From positions 124-64,123 of IMG/VR virus record IMGVR_UViG_3300025898_000005: 64,000 bases of DNA; one strand, given 5' to 3'. This DNA comes from a virus. Its lineage: Duplodnaviria > Caudoviricetes. The position numbers and the translations under genes were made by a program. The notes below the pieces were generated by a model. That model was not told the origin of the DNA, searched no databases, and worked only from the letters and a program-made list of their open reading frames with translations. Of this stretch, positions 1 through 9,293 are shown one piece after another; positions within the stretch are counted from its first letter, which is position 1; each line of letters opens with the position of its first letter.

Positions 1-246
1 AAGTGGGATCAGTTCAGTCTGGAAACCCAGCAGGCGATCATGGCATATCTACCCGGCTATAAACTGGCCCAGCCGAACAAAAAATATCGTAAGGACCCGG
101 CCACATTTTTTAACAATTCATCCTGGCAGGATGAACTAATTTTTTCAAACGATGCAGGAAAAACACATTTCGGAGGTCATCAAAGCCCTACCGCTGGCGG
201 ACAAGATCCCACAAGAATCGAACGTGAAGGCATTGGAGAGTTATGA
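1..246 (+). CDS. Phage replication initiator, C-terminal part
   Basis: KWDQFSLETQQAIMAYL...KYRKDPATFFNNSSWQDE, a typical initiator C-terminal motif (P.TffN...W.DE). Confidence 0.8.
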   Translation, partial: KWDQFSLETQQAIMAYLPGYKLAQPNKKYRKDPATFFNNSSWQDELIFSNDAGKTHFGGHQSPTAGGQDPTRIEREGIGEL

Positions 247-1006
247 CCATATCACGCTGACGGAAGAGGAAACCGCCGGCGCTCTCCTGGAAGCCAAAAG
301 ACGCAAACAGTTGATCCTGGATGAAGAGCGGCGCCGGGAAATGGAGGAAAGTAACCGCCGTTTCCTTTTCGGGAACTGGGATGTTACCCTTACCCGAAAT
401 TACATGCTGGCCAGGGCGGAAAAGATATTCAAAGGGGCTTTCCGGGTGGATGCAGAGAATCAGGCTTTTGTCGAACTGATGTGCCTATACTTCGCAAAGG
501 ACCCGATTTTCGTGGATGCTGCAGCCCAATGCGGCATAAAGGACCCCAGTCTGGAAAAAGGGTTATTGCTGGGCGGCGCGGTCGGGGTAGGTAAAACCTG
601 GTTGATGCAGTTGTTCTCCCGAAACCGCCGGCAGGTTTACTTCATCCGATCTGCGAAACTGATCGCCGATGCCTTTGGTAAGGATGGCGAAGAAGGAATG
701 GGCCCCTTCACTTTCCTGAACAAATTACCTGTGAATGACATGGATAATTTCTATCATCCGAATGCCGGGCTTTGTATCGATGATATCGGAACGGAGGAAT
801 TAAAAATCCATTACGGCAACCGTAAGAACGTGATCGGGGATCTTATCGAAAAACGGTATGAACTTGGGAATACCGGCACCCTGCTGCACATGACCACTAA
901 TCTGACCATGGACCAAGTAAAGGAATTCTATGGGGTTCGGGTCGGTAGTCGGCTTCGGGAAACGATGAACATCATCCTACAAAAGGGAAGAGATAGAAGG
1001 AAGTAA
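152..1006 (+). CDS. DnaC/IstB-like AAA+ ATPase (helicase loader)
   Basis: Walker A GAVGVGKT, Walker B LCIDDIG, TTNL, and YGxRVGSRLRE motifs; follows the initiator. Confidence 0.85.
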   Translation: MQEKHISEVIKALPLADKIPQESNVKALESYDHITLTEEETAGALLEAKRRKQLILDEERRREMEESNRRFLFGNWDVTLTRNYMLARAEKIFKGAFRVDAENQAFVELMCLYFAKDPIFVDAAAQCGIKDPSLEKGLLLGGAVGVGKTWLMQLFSRNRRQVYFIRSAKLIADAFGKDGEEGMGPFTFLNKLPVNDMDNFYHPNAGLCIDDIGTEELKIHYGNRKNVIGDLIEKRYELGNTGTLLHMTTNLTMDQVKEFYGVRVGSRLRETMNIILQKGRDRRK

Positions 1007-1025
1007 ACTTTTAAAAATCAATCAA

Positions 1026-1406
1026 ATGTCAAAACCAATTAAAGTATCCATTGACCTGACCCTGCTGGGAGAAATCGCCAAAACAGGGCATTCGGCCATC
1101 AAAAGGGCGGGGAAGAATAATCATGCCTATGCCAGCATCGATGTATGGGTAAATGACCGGACGGACAATTATGGGAATGATGTATCCATTACCCTGTCAT
1201 CGACCAAAGCCGGCCGGGACAGTGGGGAAAAGAAGGTATACATCGGCAACGGGAAGAGCGGTGCCCAGAACAATGCGGCCAGCGGCTGGGGACAAACGAA
1301 CAATCCGGCCCCGGCCCCAGGGCACAACAATGCCAATAATACCCCACCTGCTTGGCCACCGCAGGACTGGAATCCCAATCAGGGTGATGAAGGCCTTCCA
1401 TTTTAA
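1026..1406 (+). CDS. Probable single-stranded DNA-binding protein
   Basis: Small beta-rich core, low-complexity N/P/G linker and acidic C-terminal DEGLPF tail. Confidence 0.65.
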   Translation: MSKPIKVSIDLTLLGEIAKTGHSAIKRAGKNNHAYASIDVWVNDRTDNYGNDVSITLSSTKAGRDSGEKKVYIGNGKSGAQNNAASGWGQTNNPAPAPGHNNANNTPPAWPPQDWNPNQGDEGLPF

Positions 1407-1478
1407 ATATGTTTAAAGGAAATTAGGAATTTTAAATAATGAATTGTACTTTTACGATATTCATAAATCGCCAGCCAT

Positions 1479-1973
1479 ATGAGATTTACCATTAAGGATC
1501 TTATGGCTATGAAGGATTCCGGCAAGATCAAAGGTTACATTGTGATCGGCGGCCGGGGTCATTCAAAGCAAGGTATGCTACCTGGCAGGGTGGTCGCAAA
1601 GGCCTGGAAGAACGCCGTCCATCCTCAAAAGACCTGGGTGTGCGAATTTTTGCTGGGTTGGTGCGGCCATCGATATGTTCGCCTATGGGAAGAATTCCGC
1701 TTTCATCCGACCCGGAAATGGCGTTTCGACTGGGCAATACCGGACCTGATGATCGCCATCGAATATGAAGGACTGGCTTTCAAAAAGACTGGTCACACGG
1801 AAAGCAAGGGGTATTCCGACAATACCGACAAGTACAACGAAGCCGCCGCCATGGGATGGACGGTTTTCCGCATTACATACCTGAATTATGGAACAATAGA
1901 AAAAAGACTGAACGATTTCGAAAAACTTAAAAATCAATCAAATGTCACAAAAACCCTCCCGCCAGATCGGTAA
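1479..1973 (+). CDS. PD-(D/E)XK / Vsr-like endonuclease
   Basis: EFRFHPTRKWRFDWA...IAIEYEG...H...DKYNEAAAMGW motif set. Confidence 0.8.
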   Translation: MRFTIKDLMAMKDSGKIKGYIVIGGRGHSKQGMLPGRVVAKAWKNAVHPQKTWVCEFLLGWCGHRYVRLWEEFRFHPTRKWRFDWAIPDLMIAIEYEGLAFKKTGHTESKGYSDNTDKYNEAAAMGWTVFRITYLNYGTIEKRLNDFEKLKNQSNVTKTLPPDR

Positions 1974-2247
1974 AGAAGAGGATCAGACCTTCTTTAAAGA
2001 AAATGCTGGCGATCACACCGTAAAAGAATGGTCTGACATTTTTGGGATCAGCATCGCCTTCATAAAGAAAAAGGGCGATGAATGGCGCCTTACCTTCAAA
2101 AAGGCACCCCGAAAGGAATACGTCATGACGGCCCGCTATCCGGAGGGCCGGAAGTATGAAAAGACCATGGCGCCGGTGGCCCCGCAGCGCCCTCCCGCCG
2201 AATATTCCAATCATAGCCCTATGGGGGTTGCTGATAAACTTCGCTAA
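1942..2247 (+). CDS. Hypothetical protein, possibly HTH-like
   Basis: A-rich start context; helical N-terminus. Confidence 0.55.
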   Translation: MSQKPSRQIGKEEDQTFFKENAGDHTVKEWSDIFGISIAFIKKKGDEWRLTFKKAPRKEYVMTARYPEGRKYEKTMAPVAPQRPPAEYSNHSPMGVADKLR

Positions 2248-2260
2248 AATCCTCAACCAT

Positions 2261-2482
2261 ATGCGTAAATACGATTTACTGAAAGCCCTGTGGGCCATTC
2301 CCGGTAATCCTGTTGTTGCCCTGCTGGATGTAGTTGCCAATATGAAAGCCGACGATGGCGATGGCAGTTCCGCCGGCGTTTATGTGGACTACTCCGTCTT
2401 TCTGATGAAGGGCGAAAATGTCCCAGATGGTGCCCGGCCATGGATTTCTATTCAGTTCACCCCTGATCCCCCTGAAGCATGA
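2261..2482 (+). CDS. Hypothetical protein
   Basis: ATG at 2261 fills the gap; stop overlaps the next start. Confidence 0.55.
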   Translation: MRKYDLLKALWAIPGNPVVALLDVVANMKADDGDGSSAGVYVDYSVFLMKGENVPDGARPWISIQFTPDPPEA

Positions 2483-2814
2483 AAGTCATAAAATGGGTCA
2501 GTTGGGAAGAGGCCGAAAAGATGGAACCCAGCATCGACACGACGGGTGGTTATTTTGAAGATGGCATGCGGTGGCCGGATTATCGCTATCCTACGGAACT
2601 TTCCCGCCCCTATATCGATGCTCTTCGCGCCGAAATTATAGAAAAGAACATCCGATGGACTGGCGTTGAACATCAAAATTTTCCGGTAGGAGTGCCAGTA
2701 TTTGAAGACAATTCGGTTGCAACCTTCAGTTATCGGGGATGGGGTGATCTGCTGGCGGCTATCTGGGCCACCGAAGAGAATAAGGATTATAATTATATGG
2801 ATTTTTATTGTTAA
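2479..2814 (+). CDS. Hypothetical protein
   Basis: Translationally coupled ORF. Confidence 0.65.
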   Translation: MKVIKWVSWEEAEKMEPSIDTTGGYFEDGMRWPDYRYPTELSRPYIDALRAEIIEKNIRWTGVEHQNFPVGVPVFEDNSVATFSYRGWGDLLAAIWATEENKDYNYMDFYC

Positions 2815-2829
2815 AAAGGAGGACTTTTA

Positions 2830-3228
2830 ATGATCAACCCCAAAGAATTTAGGATCGGCAATCTGGTCAACCATTACCATCCTGGCCGGAAGATGATCCA
2901 CATGATCTATCCGACCGTGGGGACCGTCACCCGCATAGACAAGAATGACATCACCATCGATCACGGTATCCCTGGCAAGCAATATAGGGCCGAACCCCTT
3001 CCGACAACTTTGGAAATATTGCCAAAATTAGGATTTGTGGAAAGTACCCTTTCTGCGAAGTGCCCTATTTATTATTTTGTAGATAAAGGATTTGTAATCA
3101 TTAAATTAAGCGATGGATTCAGGTTGGACAGCCATTGTTTTCGTGTTTACCTTCCTTACGTCCACCAGCTGCAAAACCTTTTTTTCGCCCTCACCGGTGA
3201 CGAACTAAAATTTACACCATGTTCCTAA
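2830..3228 (+). CDS. Conserved Bacteroidota-phage hypothetical protein
   Basis: EFRIGNLV...YVHQLQNLFFALTGDEL termini are typical of this family. Confidence 0.7.
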   Translation: MINPKEFRIGNLVNHYHPGRKMIHMIYPTVGTVTRIDKNDITIDHGIPGKQYRAEPLPTTLEILPKLGFVESTLSAKCPIYYFVDKGFVIIKLSDGFRLDSHCFRVYLPYVHQLQNLFFALTGDELKFTPCS

Positions 3229-3545
3229 CGGACAAAATAACGGACCAGATTTTGGACATCCTGGGTTTTAATGAATATTGGGACAAGGGTGGCACGACGT
3301 GTGATATCGGCTACCGTTTTATTGCATTGAATGATGAAGGTAATAGGGGATATAGGATTTGGATAGTTGGGGAACAGGAGGCCGGCAGTTATTGGGGATA
3401 TGAAATAGAGGCGCGGCCGGGTCATTTTGCGACTTCAGATTTTGATCATATTGAAACGCTGGAAGATCTAATCAACGATATAAAGATAAAATGCCCTGTG
3501 GATCAATTTAAAAAATTTATGGATTTGATAACTGAAAAATTATGA
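3219..3545 (+). CDS. Hypothetical protein
   Basis: Coupled ORF. Confidence 0.6.
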   Translation: MFLTDKITDQILDILGFNEYWDKGGTTCDIGYRFIALNDEGNRGYRIWIVGEQEAGSYWGYEIEARPGHFATSDFDHIETLEDLINDIKIKCPVDQFKKFMDLITEKL

Positions 3546-5338
3546 ACTACTTCGATATCGGCACGGTAATGAACCGCCTCATTCTTTTGAAGACCCGGCT
3601 CCTGGTCACTGGCGGCAGCGGATCAGGAAAATCCTACCTTCTTCGAAAGATCATGGAAGAGAATAGCGGGCAGGTCCCCATGATCATCATGGACATCGAA
3701 GGGGAATTCGTCACCCTCCGGGAGGAATTCCCCTTCGCCCTGGTGGCGGTCAGTGACGGGGATCTTCCCCTTTCCGTCCAATACGCCGACATCCTGGCCC
3801 GGAAGATCATCGAAACCCGGCTTTCCGTTATCATCGATCTTTACGACCTCCTTTCCCACGAACGGGCCCAGTTTGTGGATAAGTTCCTGAAGGCACTGAT
3901 GAACCTGCCGAAGACTTTATGGTTGGACACCCTGATCTTCATCGATGAAGCCCATTTATTTTGCCCCCAGACCGATAAGGCGCTGTCCGGGAACGCCGTC
4001 ATTGATGTGATGACCCGGGGCCGGAAGCGGGGCCTTGCCGGCATCCTTTCCACCCAGCGACTGGCCAAGCTCCACAAGGATGCCGCCGCCGAATGCCAAA
4101 ACAAGATGATCGGCAAAACCAGCCTGACGATGGATATGGAACGGTCTGCCGATGAACTGGGTCTGTCCCGTAAGGTCATCGGCCCCATGCTGCGGGCCCT
4201 GCAACCTGGTCAATTCCTTGCCCATGGTCCTGCCTTCATCAATGAACTGGAACAGGAAACGGATGGGAAAATCGAAGTTACTCCCGTAAAGACCAGCCAC
4301 GAAAAAAGGACCGGTGGGCAATCGATGCCGTCGACTCCCCCTTCTATTCGGGACATCCTGGCCAGCCTTCAGGACATCCCCCAGGAAGCGGAAAAGGAAT
4401 TGAAGACCGTTGAAGAACTACGGATTGAAGTTTCCAGTCTCCGGGAGCGGCTTAAAAAATGGGGCGCCGGAATCCCCCCGAATGATAAGGAAGCCGGCCT
4501 GATCACCCGATACCAGAACAATCTGGCGGCGATCAGCAAAGAACGGAACCGATATAAGGAGGACTGGCTCGTAACACAGAAACAGTTGGTGGAATTGGCG
4601 GTGATCGTTGACAAACAGCGAAAGGTGATTATATCCATCCTGGATATTACCCGGGATCATCTGGGAGCGGAAAAAAGCAATGTTCACATTTATAACGGCA
4701 GTCCCGGCAATGTTTCCGATGCCGAATTTGAAAAATCCGTTGAATTCGAAATGCACCTGCAGGATGACGTTCATCCCGAACGCAATGGCAATTATCTGGC
4801 AAAGGAAACCAACCTGGGCCCCGGGAAGGCTCGGGTGGAATTGAAACCTATCGAAGGACCTGCCAAATTGGGCCGGTGTGAAAGGACCGTGCTTTCCTGG
4901 TTATCCGGGTTCGACCGCGCCTTCACAAAATACCAGATAGCCATGGCCACGGGATATTCCCAGACCTCCGGCGGTTTCAAGAATGCCCTGTCTATCCTGC
5001 GGACCGAACAATTGATCGAAGGCAAAGACCTGATCAAAGCCGTCAATGAAGATAAATTCGAAAATTATGGCATGATCCCGCTTATAAAAGGGAAAGTAAC
5101 CGTCCATACCTACCGCAGCCGCCCGGGTCTTTGTGAACGGACTATCCTGGATTTCCTGGCCGATCATCCCAAAGTCCTTTACACTAAGGCAGAACTGGCT
5201 GAAATTACTGGTTATTCGGCTACTTCCGGGGGCTTTAAAAATGCCCTTTCAATATTGCATAGTCTGGAAATGGTTAAAAAGACAGCCATCGGCTTTGAAA
5301 TTCATCCATCTTTGCCTATCAATAAAAAATCATCATGA
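3542..5338 (+). CDS. HerA/FtsK-family ATPase with coiled coil and two C-terminal winged-helix-like repeats
   Basis: GGSGSGKS, DIEGEF, FIDEAHLF, RGRKRG, STQR motifs; duplicated GYSxTSGGFKNALSIL. Confidence 0.8.
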   Translation: MNYFDIGTVMNRLILLKTRLLVTGGSGSGKSYLLRKIMEENSGQVPMIIMDIEGEFVTLREEFPFALVAVSDGDLPLSVQYADILARKIIETRLSVIIDLYDLLSHERAQFVDKFLKALMNLPKTLWLDTLIFIDEAHLFCPQTDKALSGNAVIDVMTRGRKRGLAGILSTQRLAKLHKDAAAECQNKMIGKTSLTMDMERSADELGLSRKVIGPMLRALQPGQFLAHGPAFINELEQETDGKIEVTPVKTSHEKRTGGQSMPSTPPSIRDILASLQDIPQEAEKELKTVEELRIEVSSLRERLKKWGAGIPPNDKEAGLITRYQNNLAAISKERNRYKEDWLVTQKQLVELAVIVDKQRKVIISILDITRDHLGAEKSNVHIYNGSPGNVSDAEFEKSVEFEMHLQDDVHPERNGNYLAKETNLGPGKARVELKPIEGPAKLGRCERTVLSWLSGFDRAFTKYQIAMATGYSQTSGGFKNALSILRTEQLIEGKDLIKAVNEDKFENYGMIPLIKGKVTVHTYRSRPGLCERTILDFLADHPKVLYTKAELAEITGYSATSGGFKNALSILHSLEMVKKTAIGFEIHPSLPINKKSS

Positions 5339-6561
5339 AAACGAAAATTATCCTTTACCTCTTCTACAGCGTATTGGCCTTTCATTCATCCAATACCTTA
5401 TATGTGACAGCCTTCGGAGCTACCGGCAACGGGATCACCGATGACACCAACGCCATCAATACCGCCCTGGCGGCCGCCGCCTCCCAGCAGAAAACCTTGG
5501 TCTTCCCGGCAGGTACCTACCTTTGCAACAAGGTGGATGGGTCCGGAAATATCCTTTCCTTCGCAGCTGGTGGCCTGACCAGTCCCGCGATCGTCGGCCA
5601 GAACGCCATCATAAAAACCACTAAGGATTCTGCCTGCACCCAGCTTTATATCTACGCCTTTTCGGGCTGCAGCGGACTGGCAATCAGTGGTATCTTCTTC
5701 CAGAATACCCACGGCAAGATCACGGGAATAACGGATGCCATCTTTATGACAGGGACTGGCGGCCAGTTGCTGACCAACGTATATGTCCAAAACTGCCGCT
5801 TTGAAGGATTTAGTCAGGCAGTCGCTGGGCAGGGTATTACTGGATGGTATATTCAGAATAATACTTTCGGCGCCCCCCAGGGACATGATAACGGCCAGCA
5901 AACCACTGATCCCTGCGTTGGCATCTGGCTTTTCGATAATAGTAACGGAGTCTGCCGTTCAGTCTTCATCCAACGAAACAAGGCCAGCGGATATACGGGC
6001 ACCTTTCCAATGGCCTGCAAAAGACCGCTGGATGGCTTTGTCTATGGCAGCGGCTACGGCCTTCACATCGATCATAATCAGACCGATTATTATTCCGAAG
6101 AGCATTTCATGATCAACCCCCAGACCGCGGCTACCGATTCCGTCACCAATATTTCCAATAATGAAATAAATTGCCGCCTGCCTGCGGGATCCCAGAATGA
6201 CGACAATTCCCCGCATGTCATCAACTACGGCATCCGGGCGGATGTTTCCAATGCCTATATCGGCGGCAACAACATCACCAGTTATACCTATGGCATCATG
6301 TTCCGCGGCATCGATTACCCCACCACCACTTTCACCAACCTGGAATATGATGGAAACCAGTTGTATGCTCCCACCGACACGGTGGCATATTCCATTCAAA
6401 AGGCCATTACCATCACTGGCAGCACAGGCCACCCTGTAACGGGAATAAAGGTCCACGGTACAACCACCCGGTTTATTGATGCCCAGCCCATTGAACTGAT
6501 CAATACGACCGGTGCCCAATCCTTCAGTAATAATTTCTATCCTTTCAATTTCATACAGTAA
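5335..6561 (+). CDS. Right-handed beta-helix (pectate-lyase-3-like) protein with N-terminal hydrophobic signal
   Basis: VTAFGATGNGITDDTNAINTAL...FPAGTY motif; Asn ladders; hydrophobic N-terminus. Confidence 0.8.
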   Translation: MKTKIILYLFYSVLAFHSSNTLYVTAFGATGNGITDDTNAINTALAAAASQQKTLVFPAGTYLCNKVDGSGNILSFAAGGLTSPAIVGQNAIIKTTKDSACTQLYIYAFSGCSGLAISGIFFQNTHGKITGITDAIFMTGTGGQLLTNVYVQNCRFEGFSQAVAGQGITGWYIQNNTFGAPQGHDNGQQTTDPCVGIWLFDNSNGVCRSVFIQRNKASGYTGTFPMACKRPLDGFVYGSGYGLHIDHNQTDYYSEEHFMINPQTAATDSVTNISNNEINCRLPAGSQNDDNSPHVINYGIRADVSNAYIGGNNITSYTYGIMFRGIDYPTTTFTNLEYDGNQLYAPTDTVAYSIQKAITITGSTGHPVTGIKVHGTTTRFIDAQPIELINTTGAQSFSNNFYPFNFIQ

Positions 6562-6580
6562 TCAATTAAAAACCAATCAT

Positions 6581-7552
6581 ATGTACGACAAATTAGATTA
6601 CAAATCACAGAAAACATTCGCGGCGACCGGAAACAAAAATGGTCCCGCTTCAGATTTTGTATTCCCTTCCGAAGGGGCGGGCGATGAAGTTCTTCTTCTT
6701 CACAGAATTGTAAACTGCTGGGGAAATGCCTTATATCCGCTTCCCACGATGGTCGAATGGCTTACCGATTATGCGGCAAATTCCCAGACCGATGTGGAAA
6801 ACTTCACCATTTCCATCATGCGGAAGCGGCTAAAGGAATTAAATGAAGCAAATCGCCATCTACGCCAGCAGAAAGAAGTTCTGATCCAGGAAAAGAATCA
6901 TTGTGAAAAAATGCACAAGCTGGCCCTGGATAAGATAGAAGAGATCACCGAAGAACGGGATGCCGCCAGGGCGGACGTAAAAGCCTGGGAAGATAACTGG
7001 AACCGTGACAATGGAGCGCCGGACAATACCCGTGCGGTCATTAAAAACCTTCGTAATTCCATCAATGAGATAAAGGACCGGCTGGCTTTATTGGAAAAAA
7101 AGCCGGTCGCCATAGTACAGATGGAAAAAATCCGTGACATTCAGCAGGAATCTTTCCTGGGCGCCGCCCAGCGCCACCAAGCTGAAGAAGAAAAGCGGGA
7201 AGGACCCAACCTGGATTATCGGAGTCTCTACCACCAAGGCGTTCAGGATCTTTACATTTCAAAAAGCCTGCTGACCCAGTTGACGGAATCCAATGCTGCA
7301 GTCAGGAAAGGACTGGCTGAAGAAAAATTGATCAATTCCCGATATAATGCCAGAATTTCCAAATTGGAGGCAATTATTTCGGAATTGGGATATGCCGCCG
7401 GTCTGCCATCCCCCGCTGCACAGATAATGACTTCCGACAGTATTGTGGAATTTCTTTTGCAAACCCTAAATAAATTAGCCCATGATGCTGGAAAAACTTC
7501 AAACACTGGAACGGCTGACGGAACGCGATCGGTTGATCCTGGAAAGGCATAG
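6581..7552 (+). CDS. Coiled-coil hypothetical protein
   Basis: ATG at 6581 in A-rich context; heptad-rich sequence. Confidence 0.65.
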   Translation: MYDKLDYKSQKTFAATGNKNGPASDFVFPSEGAGDEVLLLHRIVNCWGNALYPLPTMVEWLTDYAANSQTDVENFTISIMRKRLKELNEANRHLRQQKEVLIQEKNHCEKMHKLALDKIEEITEERDAARADVKAWEDNWNRDNGAPDNTRAVIKNLRNSINEIKDRLALLEKKPVAIVQMEKIRDIQQESFLGAAQRHQAEEEKREGPNLDYRSLYHQGVQDLYISKSLLTQLTESNAAVRKGLAEEKLINSRYNARISKLEAIISELGYAAGLPSPAAQIMTSDSIVEFLLQTLNKLAHDAGKTSNTGTADGTRSVDPGKA

Positions 7553-7673
7553 GCTTATTGAAGAGCATCGGCAGGCCCTGATCTGCGAACAGGCCAAGAT
7601 AAAACCCGGCGAACGCCCCCTGATCGTCACCATCGGCAACAAAGCATTTTTTAACTTCTTTTAAATCAACTAA

Positions 7674-7997
7674 ATGAAAAAGATCATCCCGCTGCTGATC
7701 ATCGCCTGCCTGGGTGCCTGCAAACGCCCACTAACCAATCATCAGCTATTTTGGAAATATCAGGACAGCACTAATAAATATATGGCGCTGCAGATTGACA
7801 TGCAGTGTTTTGAAATCGATGCCGTCATAGCCAATAAGCGGGATGATTATTTTTATTATGATCGGATGGCAACGATGGCAGGAGAAGAAGCAACCAGATA
7901 TCAGGACAGCGTGGATAAATACTTCCAGGCTTTCGAACGAGATCAGGCGGCAACCTATCTACAACAACGCGCATTTTCTCACCAAAAACCAAAATAA
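7674..7997 (+). CDS. Predicted lipoprotein
   Basis: MKKIIPLLIIACLGA-C lipobox; DST and DSV sequons. Confidence 0.65.
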   Translation: MKKIIPLLIIACLGACKRPLTNHQLFWKYQDSTNKYMALQIDMQCFEIDAVIANKRDDYFYYDRMATMAGEEATRYQDSVDKYFQAFERDQAATYLQQRAFSHQKPK

Positions 7998-8243
7998 ATG
8001 AAAGAAGAGAGCCCAGCCCCATTAACAGCAGCCGGCAAGGAATACAATTCCGAAGGCGAACGCCGCGTGCGCATCCATTTCAATGTCGGGGGCGACAGCA
8101 TCGTGGACGCGATCAAACAGAAAACAGCCGAATTGATCAATCTATCCCTTTCCCTCAAAGACAAAGATCCACGGGCAGCAGCGGAAGCCGCTACTTGTTA
8201 TGAGACCGCCGGCATGTATGCCGTGAAAGCAGCAACGGCGTAA
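7998..8243 (+). CDS. Acb2/Tad1-like helical hairpin protein (candidate signalling-nucleotide sponge)
   Basis: GERRVRIHFN...VDAIKQKTAELI...DPRAAAEAATCYETAGMYAVKAAT pattern. Confidence 0.55.
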   Translation: MKEESPAPLTAAGKEYNSEGERRVRIHFNVGGDSIVDAIKQKTAELINLSLSLKDKDPRAAAEAATCYETAGMYAVKAATA

Positions 8244-8275
8244 GAGTTTACCAAAAGTAAAGGTGGCGCACCTGC

Positions 8276-8300
8276 AAAACCCCCGTAACTGGGGGTTTTC
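8276..8300 (+). terminator. Intrinsic terminator at the end of the early region
   Basis: AAAACCCCC-gtaact-GGGGGTTTT. Confidence 0.7.
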
Positions 8301-8355
8301 TCATTTATGTGTACATTTATCCTATAAAAGGCCCCTAAAAACCCTTTTCACTGCT

Positions 8356-8868
8356 ATGAACATGATAAAATTGTCCACCCTTAAACCATTGGGCGACAAA
8401 AACCCCCGGATCATCAAAGATCCAAAGTTCGAAGCCCTCAAACGCTCCATCCAGGATTTTCCCCAGATGATGGAATTGCGCCCCATGGTCATCGATAAGA
8501 CCAATATCATCATCGCCGGCAATATGAAATACCGCGTCCTGCTGGCATTGAAGTACGAAGAGGTTCCAGCTTCCTGGGTAAAAAAGGCCCACAACCTGAC
8601 CGAAGAACAGCGCGACCGGTTCATCATCGTGGATAACGACCATTCCGGCGAATGGGATTACGATGCCCTGGCCAACGGATGGGACAGCACCCTGCTGACA
8701 GATTGGGGTCTATCCATCCCCGATTTCAATGAAGAAAGGACTGTCACTTTCAATGCCCGCAAGATCAAAAAGGGCTGTCTGGTCAAAGTAATATGTGACA
8801 CCACCGACCAGGCCGATCTACTTTGTGAACGCCTTATTAAAGAAGGACATCAGGTGGAGATAAAATAA
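8356..8868 (+). CDS. ParB/Srx-like domain protein
   Basis: NPRIIKD..F..LKRSI...RPMVID...IIAGNMKYR...DNDHSGEWDYDAL; sits before terminase. Confidence 0.8.
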   Translation: MNMIKLSTLKPLGDKNPRIIKDPKFEALKRSIQDFPQMMELRPMVIDKTNIIIAGNMKYRVLLALKYEEVPASWVKKAHNLTEEQRDRFIIVDNDHSGEWDYDALANGWDSTLLTDWGLSIPDFNEERTVTFNARKIKKGCLVKVICDTTDQADLLCERLIKEGHQVEIK

Positions 8869-8912
8869 GTATTAGTAATCAATTAGTTATAAAATGGTAA
8901 TTTGATAATTTT

Positions 8913-9293
8913 ATGGAAGAAGAAAATAATTCGCCCGAAATCCCAAAAGACAAACGCCTGCAGAATTTACGACCTGCCCGCCCTGGTGAGGTACGCAACC
9001 CGAATGGTCGGCCGAAAGGCAGCATGAATCTGAAGACCGTCTTCAATAAATTCCTGAAGATAAAGGAGCCGACAACCAACCCGATCACAAAGCGGGCCTG
9101 CAACTTATCCCAGATTGAGATCATGGCCCTGGCGATGATAAAGGAAGCCAGGAATGGGAACGTGCAGGCTTTCAATGCCATCGCCGACCGCTTGGAAGGC
9201 AAGCCGGAGCAAAAACAGATCAATGCCTTTGAGGAAGGAACAGAGATATCCGTAACCATCGGTAAGCCGCGGGACATGCAGCAAGATGCCTAA
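8913..9293 (+). CDS. Terminase small subunit
   Basis: NLRP...GEVRNPNGRPKGS and DRLEGKP motifs; precedes the large subunit. Confidence 0.75.
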   Translation: MEEENNSPEIPKDKRLQNLRPARPGEVRNPNGRPKGSMNLKTVFNKFLKIKEPTTNPITKRACNLSQIEIMALAMIKEARNGNVQAFNAIADRLEGKPEQKQINAFEEGTEISVTIGKPRDMQQDA

